From the NCBI RefSeq assembly GCF_006345805.1, contig NC_042997.1, positions 166,594,001 through 166,658,000 of the forward strand: a stretch of DNA of 64,000 bases. The letters are read 5' to 3'. Made by a program: the position numbers and the translations under genes. Under the pieces are notes generated by a model. That model made no database searches, had not been told where the DNA came from, and saw only the letters and a program-made list of their open reading frames with translations. Origin of the DNA: Octopus sinensis. Lineage: Eukaryota. Positions 37,527 to 50,700 of this stretch are shown here, one piece after another (the first letter of the stretch is position 1; each line of letters starts with the position of its first letter).

Positions 37527-37790
37527 TGTGGAGGTGCAATGGCCCACTGGTTAGGGCAGCGGATTCGCGGTTTCGATTCCCAGACCGTGCGTTGTGAGTG
37601 TTTATTGAGCGAAAACACCTTAAAGCTCCACGAGGCTCCGGCAGGGGGTGGTGATCCCTGCTGTACTCTTTCACCACTCTTTCTTCTTAGCCAGCGGGGT
37701 GACGTCATTCGAAGGCTAAAACAATGCAAAGTGCATTGTGACCAGCGATGTGTAACAACATCTGATGGTCTGGTCGGTCACGTGATCACA
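37527..37790 (+). mobile_element. tRNA-derived SINE (family C)
   Basis: A-box-like tggcccactggttagg and B-box-like ggtttcgattcc; copies at 31817 and 58960-59215 (-). Confidence 0.75.
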
Positions 37791-38084
37791 TGATTATAGT
37801 ATATATTAACCTAGGAATTTCTAAACCGGTTTGTCTAATTTGCATATCAGTACATGCGCTGGCAATGTGAATTCCTTAATTAGAAGAGGGATTAACAAAA
37901 TCAGAAACTAGTCTCATTGATCTCTCTTTTTTTCTACCCATAGAGGCAAAATGGTGAATGTACAGTTTCAGTGGAGAAGTAAACCAAGCAATAATCAATA
38001 GTGAAAGTCACATGATAATGGAAAATGGAACTTTAACTGTAATACTGATCAGGGCTACCTCGATCTATGTTAACTGTAGTAAGC

Positions 38085-38640
38085 ATCTATAGAACTGGTT
38101 ATCAGCGATTTGCATTGGACAAAACACATTGCTAAAATTAACAAGAAGGCTGAGGGTGTCTTGGCATCACTTACCAAGTCCTTTGTGAGCTGCTCTCCAG
38201 CTATCTATCTGAGGCTTTATATAGCTATGGTGGGGCCTTACCTGGAATTTGCATCACCGGTCTGGAACCCCTATTTTGCTCAGGATATTAATTGTCTGGA
38301 AACTGTTCAGCGACGTGCAACCAAGAGAATACCCTCCATCAGGCATTTGCCATATTCTGAATGCCTTACTTCCCTGGGCATGGATACATTGAAACTCCAA
38401 CGTCTGGCAGCTGACTTAGCAAACACCCATAAAATTATTAACCATCTTACAAACAATAACTCTGAGCACCTTTTCAAACTCCACCTGTCTAACACCCGTG
38501 GACATATTTACAAAGTCAGAAAACAGCACAGCTCCCATGACTTTTGGAAACATTTTTTCATGCTAAGAGTTGCTGAAGTATGGAGCAAACTGCTGGCATC
38601 AGTTATTAGTTGGCGGAGCACTGCATCCTTCAAAACTTCC
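38085..38640 (+). mobile_element. CR1/L2-type LINE 3' ORF2 fragment
   Basis: LYIAMVGPYLEFASPVWNPYFAQDINCLETVQRRATKRIP..YSECLTSLGMDTLKLQRL..NTRGHIYKV..FFMLRVAEVWSKL. Confidence 0.85.
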
Positions 38641-38879
38641 AGAGATTCGCCCACACTACACGTGATTTTCTCCCCTCCATACACACGCAAGCATGTATCT
38701 GACTCATACACTGTTCACTTCCCAGACATTTGTACATTAAGGCACATACTTTATACGCACTTTAGACAAGTTGTGGTGCACCTGAGCACTGTATACAATA
38801 ATTTCATTATATTATATTATAGAGGTTATTAGATCCTCAACAGATAGTGTATGACCTAATACTATCCAGATGTTTATCC

Positions 38880-39581
38880 GGATCTTTTCGGTTTGAACGG
38901 CAGTTTTTTAAAATAATTTCCATGTGACTAAAAAATTTTAAACTTCGTATACTGGTAGAATGTGCTTATAAAACATCTTTTTCTTGTGGCTTTCTTGAGA
39001 AAATTCTATAGTTTGTAAGATATTTAGTCTTTAATTTCTTGCACTTCGGCAATTTCAACCAATCAATGACGTCTATTGAGGTGAAAACGATTTCTGTCAT
39101 AGTGTGTCAACAATATTTATTTCTGGTGTCATATGAAATTGTCCCTGTTATTTATGAGAAAAAAGATACCCAGGGGCCATAAACTGATGGGTCACTCGTA
39201 AACAGAGCTGGATAATAAAACTGTTCCCTCTTTAGTGTCCACCCATAATTATGGCCCCAGTATCGATCTATTGCATTTCAATCTTTTTTCTTCAAAAATG
39301 TAAATAAACCCAATCTGTTTCTTAAACGAGGGACATTTTCATATTTCACCGCCAGAAAATTTTACGGCAGATGTTTTCATCTCAATAGACGTCATTGATT
39401 GGTTGAAATTACCAAAATTGAAGAAAATATCTCACAAATATCTTACAAACTACAGAATTTTCTCAAGAAAACCAAGAGAAAAAGATGTTTTATAAACACA
39501 TTCTACCAGTATACGAAGTTTAAAAGTGTTTAGTTACATAGAAATTATTTTAAAAAACTGCCGTTCAAACCAAAAAGATCC
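38880..39581. mobile_element. longer member of the GG-TIR / 8-bp-TSD MITE family, with ~210-bp inverted termini
   Basis: Same terminal 26 bp as the 30512 element; TSD gtttatcc at 38872-38879 and 39582-39589. Confidence 0.85.
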
Positions 39582-40679
39582 GTTTATCCTGCATCACTCA
39601 TTTTGAAGTCAAACAAGGAGAATGTTCTGCTGTGTTTTTAGTTTCAGCTACACTTATTTGAAAAATTAGTTACCATGTTAAAAAAATTTAATCCAGGCAA
39701 GCTGAATCAGATGATGATGATAATGATGATGATACCTACACAACAGAAATTTTACAATTACAAACATATTCTCTCATAATAACACTATAATTACATAAGA
39801 GATAGCTCACAATCCCAAATGTATACTACTAAACTAACACTATACTTACAAAATTGTAAGCATATTGAATCATACTAAAACTATACTTAACAGTATACAT
39901 TACAACTACAAACACATAATCTATACTAATACTGTTCTTAAAAACCAGTATACCAACACAATCACATTCTCTTGTACTAACACTGTATTTACACAATTTA
40001 GTTGATATTATGCAATCACAAACATAACTATGCCAAAAGTCTCCAAACATACATGTAACATGCTTTCAACTGAACAACATTGTACCTACATCACTACTAA
40101 CACACCAAGAATCAGAAAATTTCTGAATATAAATGAACAAAGCAGCAGAGTTTGACAGTAGTGTGAAGAGGAGTGGGTGATAAAAAGAGGTGATAAAAAG
40201 AGGTAATCTGCTAAAGTAATGAAGATTCATGATGTAAGAAATAAAATGTGAGAAAATAAACAAAAACAAGCTGTTATTTACAAGAACTTCTTTATTAACT
40301 CAATAAATTGCTTTCCATATTCCCCCTACCAATTCAAATATTTATTTATAGTTTCTTCATAAAAACGAAGATAATTCTCATGCCAAGTTAAAGTCTCCTG
40401 ACCTTGAACTGCGAAGCTTGACCCTGTCTCCCCGATGGGAAAAAAAAAAAAAAATTTAAATAAATAAAACTCTTCAAAAAAAAGGGAAGGGAGATGACTT
40501 GAAGGGTAAAACAAGTAGATAACTCACTGATATGCTAAGTAGAGTAGTTGGTTGTTATGTGGTTGTCGTGATCACAACAATCTCACTTATGAAAGCAGGA
40601 ATGATCAGAGGTCAGAAAACTAAATTAAAAAAAAAAAATTTTTTTTAATATTACAGGAAACAATAAATTCTACGCTTCG

Positions 40680-40820
40680 TTAAAAAGTAAACGAACTCAA
40701 TATGAACAGTCGGTTTTCCTCTTTTTTGATCCAGCGCAGAAGTTTATTAATGGCTTGTATTGCTATTGTTTTTGTTACAAGTGGTCCAAAAACTGCATAT
40801 AACTCAAATCCTTGAGTGAT
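40680..40820 (-). CDS. MON1: vacuolar fusion protein MON1, last coding exon
   Basis: ttttccag|ITQGFELYAVFGPLVTKTIAIQAINKLLRWIKKEENRLFILSSFTF*; matches the MON1 C-terminus (FELY..F.PL..K..AI..I.KLL.WI.KEE.RLFI). Confidence 0.92.
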   Translation of the reverse strand: MTQGFELYAVFGPLVTKTIAIQAINKLLRWIKKEENRLFILSSFTF

Positions 40821-40874
40821 CTGGAAAAAAAAAAGGAACAAAATTAAAAATGAACTCCACAACATCATAAAAAA

Positions 40875-41361
40875 TCTATATATATATAAAACCCAACTTG
40901 TGTGTCTGTGTGTTTAACTTCCCGGCACATCTCCTCTTAGCCAACAAATCGTAGAACCACCAACAGGGGGTCACTTAAAGTTTAGGCGAATGAAAATTGA
41001 ACTGCGCTATTTCTGTTCCGAAATTCATCTTGCAAGTGCAAAAATCAATAATGTATTTGTTTAGGCCTTATCCCATGCATTGAATAGTGAACTTTACTCA
41101 GTCAGCTGTTTGACGTGAACTGTGTTCACCACGTGTGCAAGCATGCGTAAATTGCATGAAAAATAAAAAATCAAGATATAAAAACGAATCGCCGTAAACA
41201 TTGTAGAAATTCGGCAAAGAAATGGAATTTCGGGATGTAGCCTGAAGGGTTTTTTCGTATTAATTGTTTGGACTTTGTGAACACATACTAATTGTTTTCA
41301 TAACATTTTTAACGCTTTGAATTAAATGTGACCATTTTGCAAAGCCGGGCAATACTGCTAG
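40875..41361 (+). mobile_element. non-autonomous Helitron
   Basis: 5' A|TCtatatatatataaaa; 3' gcaaagccgggc..CTAG|T; no TSD. Confidence 0.7.
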
Positions 41362-41664
41362 TATAAATTGAAAAACAAAAATAGTCTGTTGCTATAGTTT
41401 GAAGAGTAATAGCAGTTAACTTGCATAGATCTACTGTCATTATAACCGGTCAAACACTTGATAGCAAGATATAGGTTGAGCATTGTTAATGCGTGTTGTT
41501 TTTGGAATCTCAACTGTGACTGCATTGTGTTCCCTAACAGGCAATGTTTGATTGCATAGAGTCAAAACACATTTGAATAGGCTGTTGTTTGTCGACCACT
41601 GGTTATTTTTGATTGAGTAGTACTATGGTAAACAAGACGCAATCAACTGGTCTCTTCTTTCAGA

Positions 41665-41829
41665 TAGGCACAGACATGGCTCTATGGTAAGAAGCTTGCT
41701 TCCCAACCACATGGTTCTACGTTCGGTCCCACTGAGTGCCACCATGGGCAAGTGTCTTCAACTATAGCTTCAGGCTGACCAAAGCCTTGTGAGTGGATTT
41801 GGTAGAGAGAAACTGAAAGAAGCTTGTTG

Positions 41830-41868
<39 letters not shown>

Positions 41869-41892
41869 TGTGTTTGTATGTGTGTGTGTATG

Positions 41893-41939
<47 letters not shown>

Positions 41940-42165
41940 ATCTACGTGTGTATCTTTGTGTTTGTGTTTGTCCCCACCACCACCACTTGAGAACTGGTGT
42001 TGGTGTGTTTATGTCTCAGTTACTTAGCAGTACAGCAAAAGAGACCAATAGAATAAGTACCAGGCTTAGAAAAAAATACATGGGGTCGATTCACTTGACT
42101 AAAATTCTTCAAGGTGGTGCCCCAGCATGGCCACAGACTAATGACTGAAACAAGCAAAAGATAAA
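41665..42165 (+). mobile_element. family B SINE
   Basis: Similar to 13118-13530. Confidence 0.75.
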
Positions 42166-43992
42166 TATAGACCATGCCTCTGTTTTGTTGAGAACCATTC
42201 TAACATGCAATGATGCACTATATGGGGCAATAGTGTGACAGTTTAGATATATTGTATTCTCTTCACTATCTAGTTAATATCTGTACGGCAATTGTTGTTT
42301 TTGTTTAGTTACAGGTTATTTCTGAACAAAAAAAATTTATGATTCCAGCTGTGACCCTCCTGTACTTTTCTATATCAAGAATATATCCTTTATTCATGAT
42401 AATACAGTATGATTTGAGCAAAATTTGGCTGCTATTTCTAGCAGATCAGTCAACCATGCAAAGACTCCAGTTTCTTGTTGTGGTTGTTCTTTTGGATGAA
42501 TCATCCTATTTACAGATGCTCAACAAACTAAAACTAGCAGCCAGTTTTTCTTCAAATGTCTTAAAAAGGGATTATGAAGGTCCGACTATATAAATGTGGA
42601 CACATAGTGTAGAGTGTAGAATTACGTAATAAAACAGTGTTAGATGCAGAGTGGCAGAATAGCAATCATAGTATGTCGTATTCAGATATCTGACAAATTT
42701 AAGAATTTCTTCAGCAGCTCATGTGGAAAAGGACAAGGTTGATTTCTTTCTCTCTTCATAAGCAAAACTCTGACAATTCATGATTTTTCATGGCAAAGAT
42801 ACAGTGGTTTCCTGTGCTTTCTGCTGGTTTATTCACTGTTTATTCTGCTAGTCTCCTGCTATTCTCTGCTAACTCTTGAAGCAAAGAACTTATGTAAGCC
42901 TTAGGCAGGTGGATTGGATCACATGATATCAGGAGTTGTCACACAAAAGTAAGCTTACATGATACATGTCTAACAACTAGCCCTTCATTTAGTCTTGTTG
43001 TAGTTGTTGTTAAGCAACAAGACGGGTAAGGGTGATTAGGTGATGGTCTAGAGCTTAGGGGCAGGAGACCCCAGACCTTGGAAAAAAAAAAAAACTTTGG
43101 TCGTCTTGTTGTAGTCGAGGGCTCTTCGTTGACGCCCGACACCACTGGGAGGTGGCCCTCGAAGTCGCTGGAAATGGAGATCTCCAGGTCCAAATTCTTG
43201 GACGGCTTCCTTTAGTCTTGTATGCTTTAGCCACGGAACTGTTTGTTTGCTATTTTATCCATAATTGAGGATCTTGTTATGTACTACCATATAAGGCCAG
43301 AGAAGACTTGGGAATAATGGTAACTAAGGGGAAACTCCAAATTCTTGGAGTCTTACTGCCAGATGCAATCTAATGTCTTGCCAGGTAAACAAAATTAGTT
43401 ACTTTAAAAACCTAGCATAGCATGATTTGAGAAAGGAAATCTATTTTATACCATCTCATGGTGTAGTTTTTGTTTATAAGATCAGGTGCAAGATACAATA
43501 GGTTAAAAATCACATCATAAAATCATTCCAGTCTGTTGCTAATACAGGTGTAATGTAATGTCTAGTCCAAAGTTAGTCCTGATCCAGTAGACCTATAATC
43601 AAATGAGTTCTGGTCATGATGTCTTTTTCAGATATAGTTAATTTAGGGCATTAACCAATGTGTTCTTCCTTCCTTTCTTTTTCTTTTTTTTTTTTTTTAA
43701 CAAAAGTAGAGAGTGAGTAATGGGAAATTTAGCTGCTATTCCTAGTAAGAAGTGTGACAATTTTGTGGCACCTTCCTTTGCTTAAATTGTATCTGTGTTG
43801 CTGTTTAGCCCCAGGTAAAGCATGATAGTCAGGCTTTCAGGAGTTTATTTGTACATTAAGACTGTAGCAGAACGTAAGAGTGAAAAAAAAAACTGAATAT
43901 GAAAGAATAATTAATAAATTAAAGTAATATAAGGAGAAAAGCAAAAATGTATTCTTTTCAAGAGAGTAAATGATGCAAGGGAAATAACTTAC

Positions 43993-44274
43993 CCAACCAA
44001 TAAGAGTTTCGTGTGCGCCAACGTGATACAGAAGTTTCAATGGTCTACTGCTACTGTGAATTCTGTGATGGAGATACTGGTAGAGACCAAACAGACGGTC
44101 CTGTTCTTCCTGACTGAGATATGGAGCTTCCAGCTCAGGGCTGGTATATTGTGCTGAGTTGCGAGACTTATATAGGAAATGACGTAAGCCTGAGATAGCA
44201 CACTGTTTGATGCTGTAACTGTTTCTTGATAGTGAATCACTGATGGCTTGCAGACAGTTGGACTTTTGTAGTTT
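43993..44274 (-). CDS. MON1: MON1 internal exon (282 nt, phase 0-0)
   Basis: ctacag|KLQKSNCLQAISDSLSRNSYSIKQCAISGLRHFLYKSRNSAQYTSPELEAPYLSQEEQDRLFGLYQYLHHRIHSSSRPLKLLYHVGAHETLIGW|gtaagt; LRHFLYKS motif. Missed by the ORF track in this frame. Confidence 0.92.
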
Positions 44275-44410
44275 CTGTAGGTAAATTAGATGTAAACAAC
44301 TGAATCAATAGCTAATACAGCAACAATAGTAAAAACATTATTTTTAAATTTTATTTTTCCAATGCAATTTTACAATATTTTTACAAATAGATATCTTTAT
44401 AACAGCTACC

Positions 44411-44915
44411 CATCATCATCATCATCGTTTAACGTCCGCTTTCCATGCTAGCATGGGTTGGACGATTTGACTGAGGTCTGGCGAACCAGACTCCAATCTG
44501 ATCTGGCAGAGTTTCTACAGCTGGATGCCCTTCCTAACGCCAACCACTCCAAGAGTGTAGTGGGTGCTTTTACTTGGCACCAGTACGAGGGCCAGTTTGG
44601 TGGTACTGGCAACGGTCACGCTCAAATAGTGCTTTTTATGTGCCACCTGCACAGGAGCCAGTCCAGCGGCACTGGCAACAACCTCCCTCGAATGTCTTTT
44701 CATATGCCACCAGCACAAGTGCTAGTAAGGCGACACAGGTAACGATCACGCTAGAATGGTGTTTTTAACGTGCCATTGGCACAAAGGCCAGCTTGTTGCT
44801 CTGGCAATGATCTCACTCGTATGGTACTCTTAGCGCTCCACTAGCAACAGATGCCAGTCACCGATTTTGATTTCACTTGTCTCAACAGGTCTTCACAATC
44901 GAGTTTGATTCTGAC
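44411..44915 (-). mobile_element. RTE-associated 3'-end repeat
   Basis: Same family as 47767 onward. Confidence 0.7.
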
Positions 44916-45305
44916 TTCAATTTCACCCCTATGTGGCAAAATGTAATTTAAGCCTGCTTAAATATGCATCACTTTAAATTTACTATTTATATATATATTT
45001 TTTGTAAATAAATCAGATGTAAGCAACTGAATCAATAGCAATAACAGTAAAAATATATTATTTTTAAACTTTATTTTTCCAAAGCTATTCTTGAATATTT
45101 TTACAAATAGAGGGTCTTTGTTAAAACTACCCACTCTGTGGTGAAATGGAATTTAAGCTTGCTTAAATTTGAAATAGAAATGTTTGAATTCACAGATATA
45201 TGATCAGTGCAACACTTTAAATTTACTACTCATATATATTATCCACATGGCTTCAAAGGTAATTATGACATCTCAAACAACTTAGCAACATAAATCATAA
45301 CTTAC

Positions 45306-45426
45306 CTGCTTAATCTTGCTTTTACAATCTGATAAAGTGAAGAAAGAATCTCTGTCTACAGTCAGTAAAAATAGACAGGTTTGGCAGCTTTCATCCAGAT
45401 AGGAGACGTGTGCTTGTAGAAAACCA
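45306..45426 (-). CDS. MON1: MON1 internal exon (121 nt, phase 2-0)
   Basis: ctctag|t GFLQAHVSYLDESCQTCLFLLTVDRDSFFTLSDCKSKIKQ|gtaag. Confidence 0.9.
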
Positions 45427-46689
45427 CTAGAGTAGAAAACAAGATACAAGCTTGTTACAATAGGCAATTAGAGAAGAAGTTGAATTTTACAGGGCTGTAA
45501 GCAATAACCATAACAAGGACTTGATTGAAGAAAGTATTATTGGATAGCCCTTATGAGATGCAGTTAATTAATTACATATTAGTGTGAAACCCGACGGTCT
45601 AGTGCAATATTTCTCAAGATGGTGCATGGCAATATTTTACTTGGCATGTGACTTTAGAATGTGGATTAAGTAAGTAACAAGTGAATAAATTTGCAATAAA
45701 GTTTTAATTCTTTTGATATACTTCATTCATGGTGGAGTTGCACAATTTTAAAAAAAAATAAAAGTGAAGCATGGAATAAAAAGTTTGAGAAATACTGGTC
45801 TAGTACTTCTGATATGTAATATTTCACTCAAGAAAGGCAGTGAGCTGGTAGAATTTCTAGCATGCCAGGCAAAATGCTAAGCAGGATCTTGTCCATCTTT
45901 ATGTTTTGAGTTCAAATTCCACCAAGGTTGACTTTGCCTTTCATCTTTTCAGGGTTGATAAAATATACCAGCTGATCCGAGGAATGGGGGGGGGGGGATT
46001 GCGATGTAATTGACTTAGCCCCCACCCAAAATCGTTGGTGCCTTGTGCCAAAATTTAGAACCAATATTTCACTGAAGAGCCAATGAGGGAACCTCTACAA
46101 CACAGTTCCCCAAAACTATTTTTACATGTGGGCTACTTTAGGACAAGTTAAAGTAGGTTGGGACGCTTGGTGTATAGAATAAAACATATTAAATGATATT
46201 TAGATATCTAAGCTTATACGTATAAATAATTTAAACAACAGAAAATTAATAAGTACTTATTTCTTCAGTCAATAAATGAAGTAGAATTATCAAAGACCTC
46301 ATAGTTTGAATTTTGATTGTATTTTCCACATATTCAAATACATTTTTGCAGCACACATAGGAACATCTAGCAGTATGCTCTGTTGCACTATTTTAGAACC
46401 AGGGCTCAGTGCAGTTGATCAATTTAGAAGAAACAGTAGCTACATTCCTCTTAAATCATACACTACCACCTTAAAAGAAAGGACACATTAAATAATGTAG
46501 TTCTGGATTTACAAAAGCAAAAAAAGCAAGAACAGAAAGAAAAGTGCAGGCATGACTGGATGGTTAAGAAGCTTGCTTTCCAACCATTTGGCTTCAGGTT
46601 CAGTCTCACTGCACAGCACCTCAGGTAAGAATCTTCAACTAAGAACTGTGAGTAGATTTGGTAGACAGAAACTAGAAGAAGCTCACTTA

Positions 46690-47712
46690 TCTCTCTATAT
46701 ATAAAAATGAGAATGTGTGTCTTTGTCTGTGTGTCTGCCAGTAGGAATCCCTAAAACTTGAGAACTACGCAACAGATTTCATTAAAATTTTACACATGCC
46801 TTACGGTCCATGCAAGGTCATAGGCCAAAAAAATTTTCTACTTCTTGCCTAATGCAAGCCCAGAGCAATCTCTTATCTCTTACACTATTTCAGTATTACG
46901 TGTCAAAAGTGAAACAATAACACCTCTCTATTGCAATGTGAGATACTTTCACTATTAAAGTGAAACTATTACCTCACATATATACATGCATACATACATA
47001 TTCGTCATAAACACTCTACCACTGCTACTAATAACTGTTGGGAACCCTTTCAGACCTGCCTTACATTCGAACCAGAATCTCAAAAACATTGTCCTCTTAC
47101 ATCTCATACTCAATTCATTCCCACTACAGGGAAATAAAATTTACTTCTCATTACAGGACAATGGAAGAGGGTAATAGACATTAACCACATGCTACCTTGT
47201 CAAGTGAAATATATTGTCATCTACTTCACCTCTAATCTTCCTAGTGTACGCAGAGTTAAAACGACCCCACACCACTATAACACCACTGATATCTTCATCC
47301 TTCTAGCTGTCTACTTTCTTATAAATATGACAAAATTTATGTCCAGGCAAACAACATTCGGACTGCAATTCATAATTATTGTCTCCTGTCAGAGGTTATC
47401 GAGGCTATCATTCTTTCTGGATGTAGAAAAGGTGATGACATCTTCATTCTAAAAATTCTTCTTACTCCATCAGAAGCAGAAATTCGATTTACGTTCAGAA
47501 GACTTCAATTCCCTCTTCGTGTCAGTTTTGCCATGTCCATTAACAAATCTCAGGGTCAAACCCTCTCTGTGGCTGGTCTTCTCTTGGAAGAGCCCTGCTT
47601 CTCGCATGGACAACTGTATGTTGGCTGCTCAAGAGTGAGAAGCAAAAGAAACCTCTTTGCATACACTCCACAAGGAAAAACAAGGAACATTGTTTACAAT
47701 GAGGTGTTATAA
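46690..47712 (+). mobile_element. Helitron derivative with helicase C-terminal remnant; 3' end interrupted
   Basis: 5' A|TCtctctatatataaaa; ~47380-47712 reads VIEAIILSGCRKGD..LLTPSEAE..FRRLQFPLRVSFAMSINKSQGQTLSVAGLLLEEPCFSHGQLYVGCSRV..TRNIVYNEVL*. Confidence 0.85.
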
Positions 47713-47766
47713 TCACAACAGCCAGGATGTATGTACATGATCACCTAACTTCATGTACTTATATTC

Positions 47767-50700
47767 ATCATCATCATCATCATCATTTAACGTCCGCTTT
47801 CCATGCTAGCATGGGTTGGACGGTTCAACTGGGGTCTGGGGAGCCCGAAAGCTGCACCAGTCCAGTCAGATCTGGCAGTGTTTCTACAGCTGGATGCCCT
47901 TCCTAACGCCAACCACTCCGAGAGTGTAGTGGGTGATTTTATGTGCCACCGACACAGGTGCCAGACGAGGCTGGCAAACGGTCACGCTCGGATGGTGTTT
48001 TTTATGTGCCACCGACACAGGTGCCAGACGAGGCTGGCAGATGGCCACGCTCGGATGGTGTTTTTTATGTGCCACCGACACAGGTGCCAGACGAGGCTGG
48101 CAGACGGCCACGCTCGGATGGTGTTTTTATGTGCCACCGACACAGGTGCCAGACGAGGCTGGCAGACGGCCACGCTCGGATGGTGTTTTTATGTGCCACC
48201 GACACAGGTGCCAGATGAGGCTGGCAAAATGGCCTCGATCGGATGGTGCTTGTTACGTGCCCACAGCACGGAGGCCAGTCGATGCGGTACTGGCTACGGC
48301 CACGTTCGGATGGTTTTCTTATGTGCCACGTGCCACCGGCACTGGTACCACAAAGATACAAATTCCATTGATGTTCATCTATTTTGATTTGTTTTGATTT
48401 GATTTTCACTTGCCTCAACAGGTCTTCACAAGTGTCACAAGAAGGAAGGTATGCATAGGTGGACTGACTACGTCCCAGGTAGGGGCCATGGGTTATGGCC
48501 TGACTAGTCTTGCCGGGTCTTCGGATGGTGTTTTTATGTGCCACCGACACAGGTGCTAGATGAGGCTGGCGAACGGCCACGATCGGATGGTGTTTGTCAT
48601 GTGCCCACCGCACTGACTACGGCACTGATGGATTTCTTGTGTGCCACAGGCACTGGTGATCGGATGGTGTTTGTCATGTGCCCACCGCACTGACTACGGC
48701 ACTGATGGATTTCTTGTGTGCCACAGGCACTGGTACCACAAGATACAAATTCCATTAATGTTCATCTATTTTGTCTATTTTGATTTGATTTGATTTTCAC
48801 TTGCCTCAACCGGTCTTCACAAGTGTCACAAGAAGGAAGATATGCACAGGTGGACTGACTAGTCTTGCCGGGTCTTCGGAAGGTGTTTTTATGTGCCACC
48901 GACACAGGTGCCAGATGAGGCTGGCGAACGGCCATGATCGGATGGTGTTTGTTACGTGCCCACAGCACGGAGGCCGGTCGATGCGGAACTGGCTACGTTC
49001 GGATGGTTCTCTTGTGTGCCACAAAGTGTGTGCCACCGGCACTGGTACCACAAAGATACAGATTCCATTGATGTTCATCTATTTTGATTTGTTTTGATTT
49101 GATTTTGATTTTCACTTGCCTCAACAGGTCTTCACAAGTGTCACAAGAAGGAAGGTATGCACAGGTGGACTGACTACGTCCCAGGTAGGGGCCATGGGTT
49201 ATGGCCTGACTAGTCTTGCCGGGTCTTCGGATGGTGTTTTTATGTGCCACCGACACAGGTGCTAGATGAGGCTGGCGAACGGCCACGATTGGATGGTGTT
49301 TGTCATGTGCCCACAGCACGGAGGCCAGTCGATGCGGTACTGGCTACGGCCACTTTCGGATGGTTTTCTCTTGTGTGCCACCGGCACTGGTACCACAAAG
49401 ATACAAATTCCATTGATGTTCATCTATTTTGATTTGTTTTGATTTGATTTTGATTTTCACTTGCCTCAACAGGCCTTCACAAGTATCACAAGGAGGAAGG
49501 TATGCACAGGTGGACTGACTACGTCCAGGTAGGGGCCATGGTTTATGGCCTGACTAGTCTTGCCGGGTCTTCGGAAGGTGTTTTTATGTGCCACCGACAC
49601 AGGTGCTAGATGAGGCTGGCGAACGGCCACGACCGGATGGTGTTTGTTATGTGCCCACAGCACGATGGCCAGTGATGCGGTACTGACTACGGCCATGTTC
49701 GGATGGATTCTTGTGTGCCACCGGCACTGGTACCACAAGCGGTACTGACTACTTTTTATGTGCCACCGACACAGGTGCTAGATGAGGCTGGCGAACGGCC
49801 ACGACCGGATGGTGTTTGTTATGTGCCCACAGCACGATGGCGAGTGATGCGGTACTGACTACGGCCACGTTCGGATGGATTCTTGTGTGCCACCGGCACT
49901 GGTACCACAAGCGGTACTGACTACGGCCACGTTCGGATGGATTCTTGTGTGCCACCGGCACTGGTACCACAAAGATACAAATTCCATTGATGTTCATCTA
50001 TTTTGATTTGTTTTGATTTGATTTTGATTTTCACTTGCCTCAACAGGCCTTCACAAGTATCACAAGGAGGAAGGTATGCACAGGTGGACTGACTACGTCC
50101 CAGGTAGGGGCCATGGTTTATGGCCTGACTAGTCTTGCCGGGTCTTCGGAAGGTGTTTTTATGTGCCACCGACACAGGTGCTAGATGAGGCTGGCGAACG
50201 GCCACGACCGGATGGTGTTTGTTATGTGCCCACAGCACGATGGCCAGTGATGCGGTACTGACTACGGCCATGTTCGGATGGATTCTTGTGTGCCACCGGC
50301 ACTGGTACCACAAGCGGTACTGACTACTTTTTATGTGCCACCGACACAGGTGCTAGATGAGGCTGGCGAACGGCCACGACCGGATGGTGTTTGTTATGTG
50401 CCCACAGCACGATGGCGAGTGATGCGGTACTGACTACGGCCACGTTCGGATGGATTCTTGTGTGCCACCGGCACTGGTACCACAAGCGGTACTGACTACG
50501 GCCACGTTCGGATGGATTCTTGTGTGCCACCGGCGCTGGTACCACAAGGATACAAATTCCATTGATGTTCATCTATTTTGATTTGTTTTGATTTGATTTG
50601 ATTTTCACTTGCCTCAGCAGGTCTTCACAAGTGTCACAAGAAGGAAGGTATGTACAGGTGGACTGACTACGTCCCAGGTAGGGCCCACGGGTTATGACCT

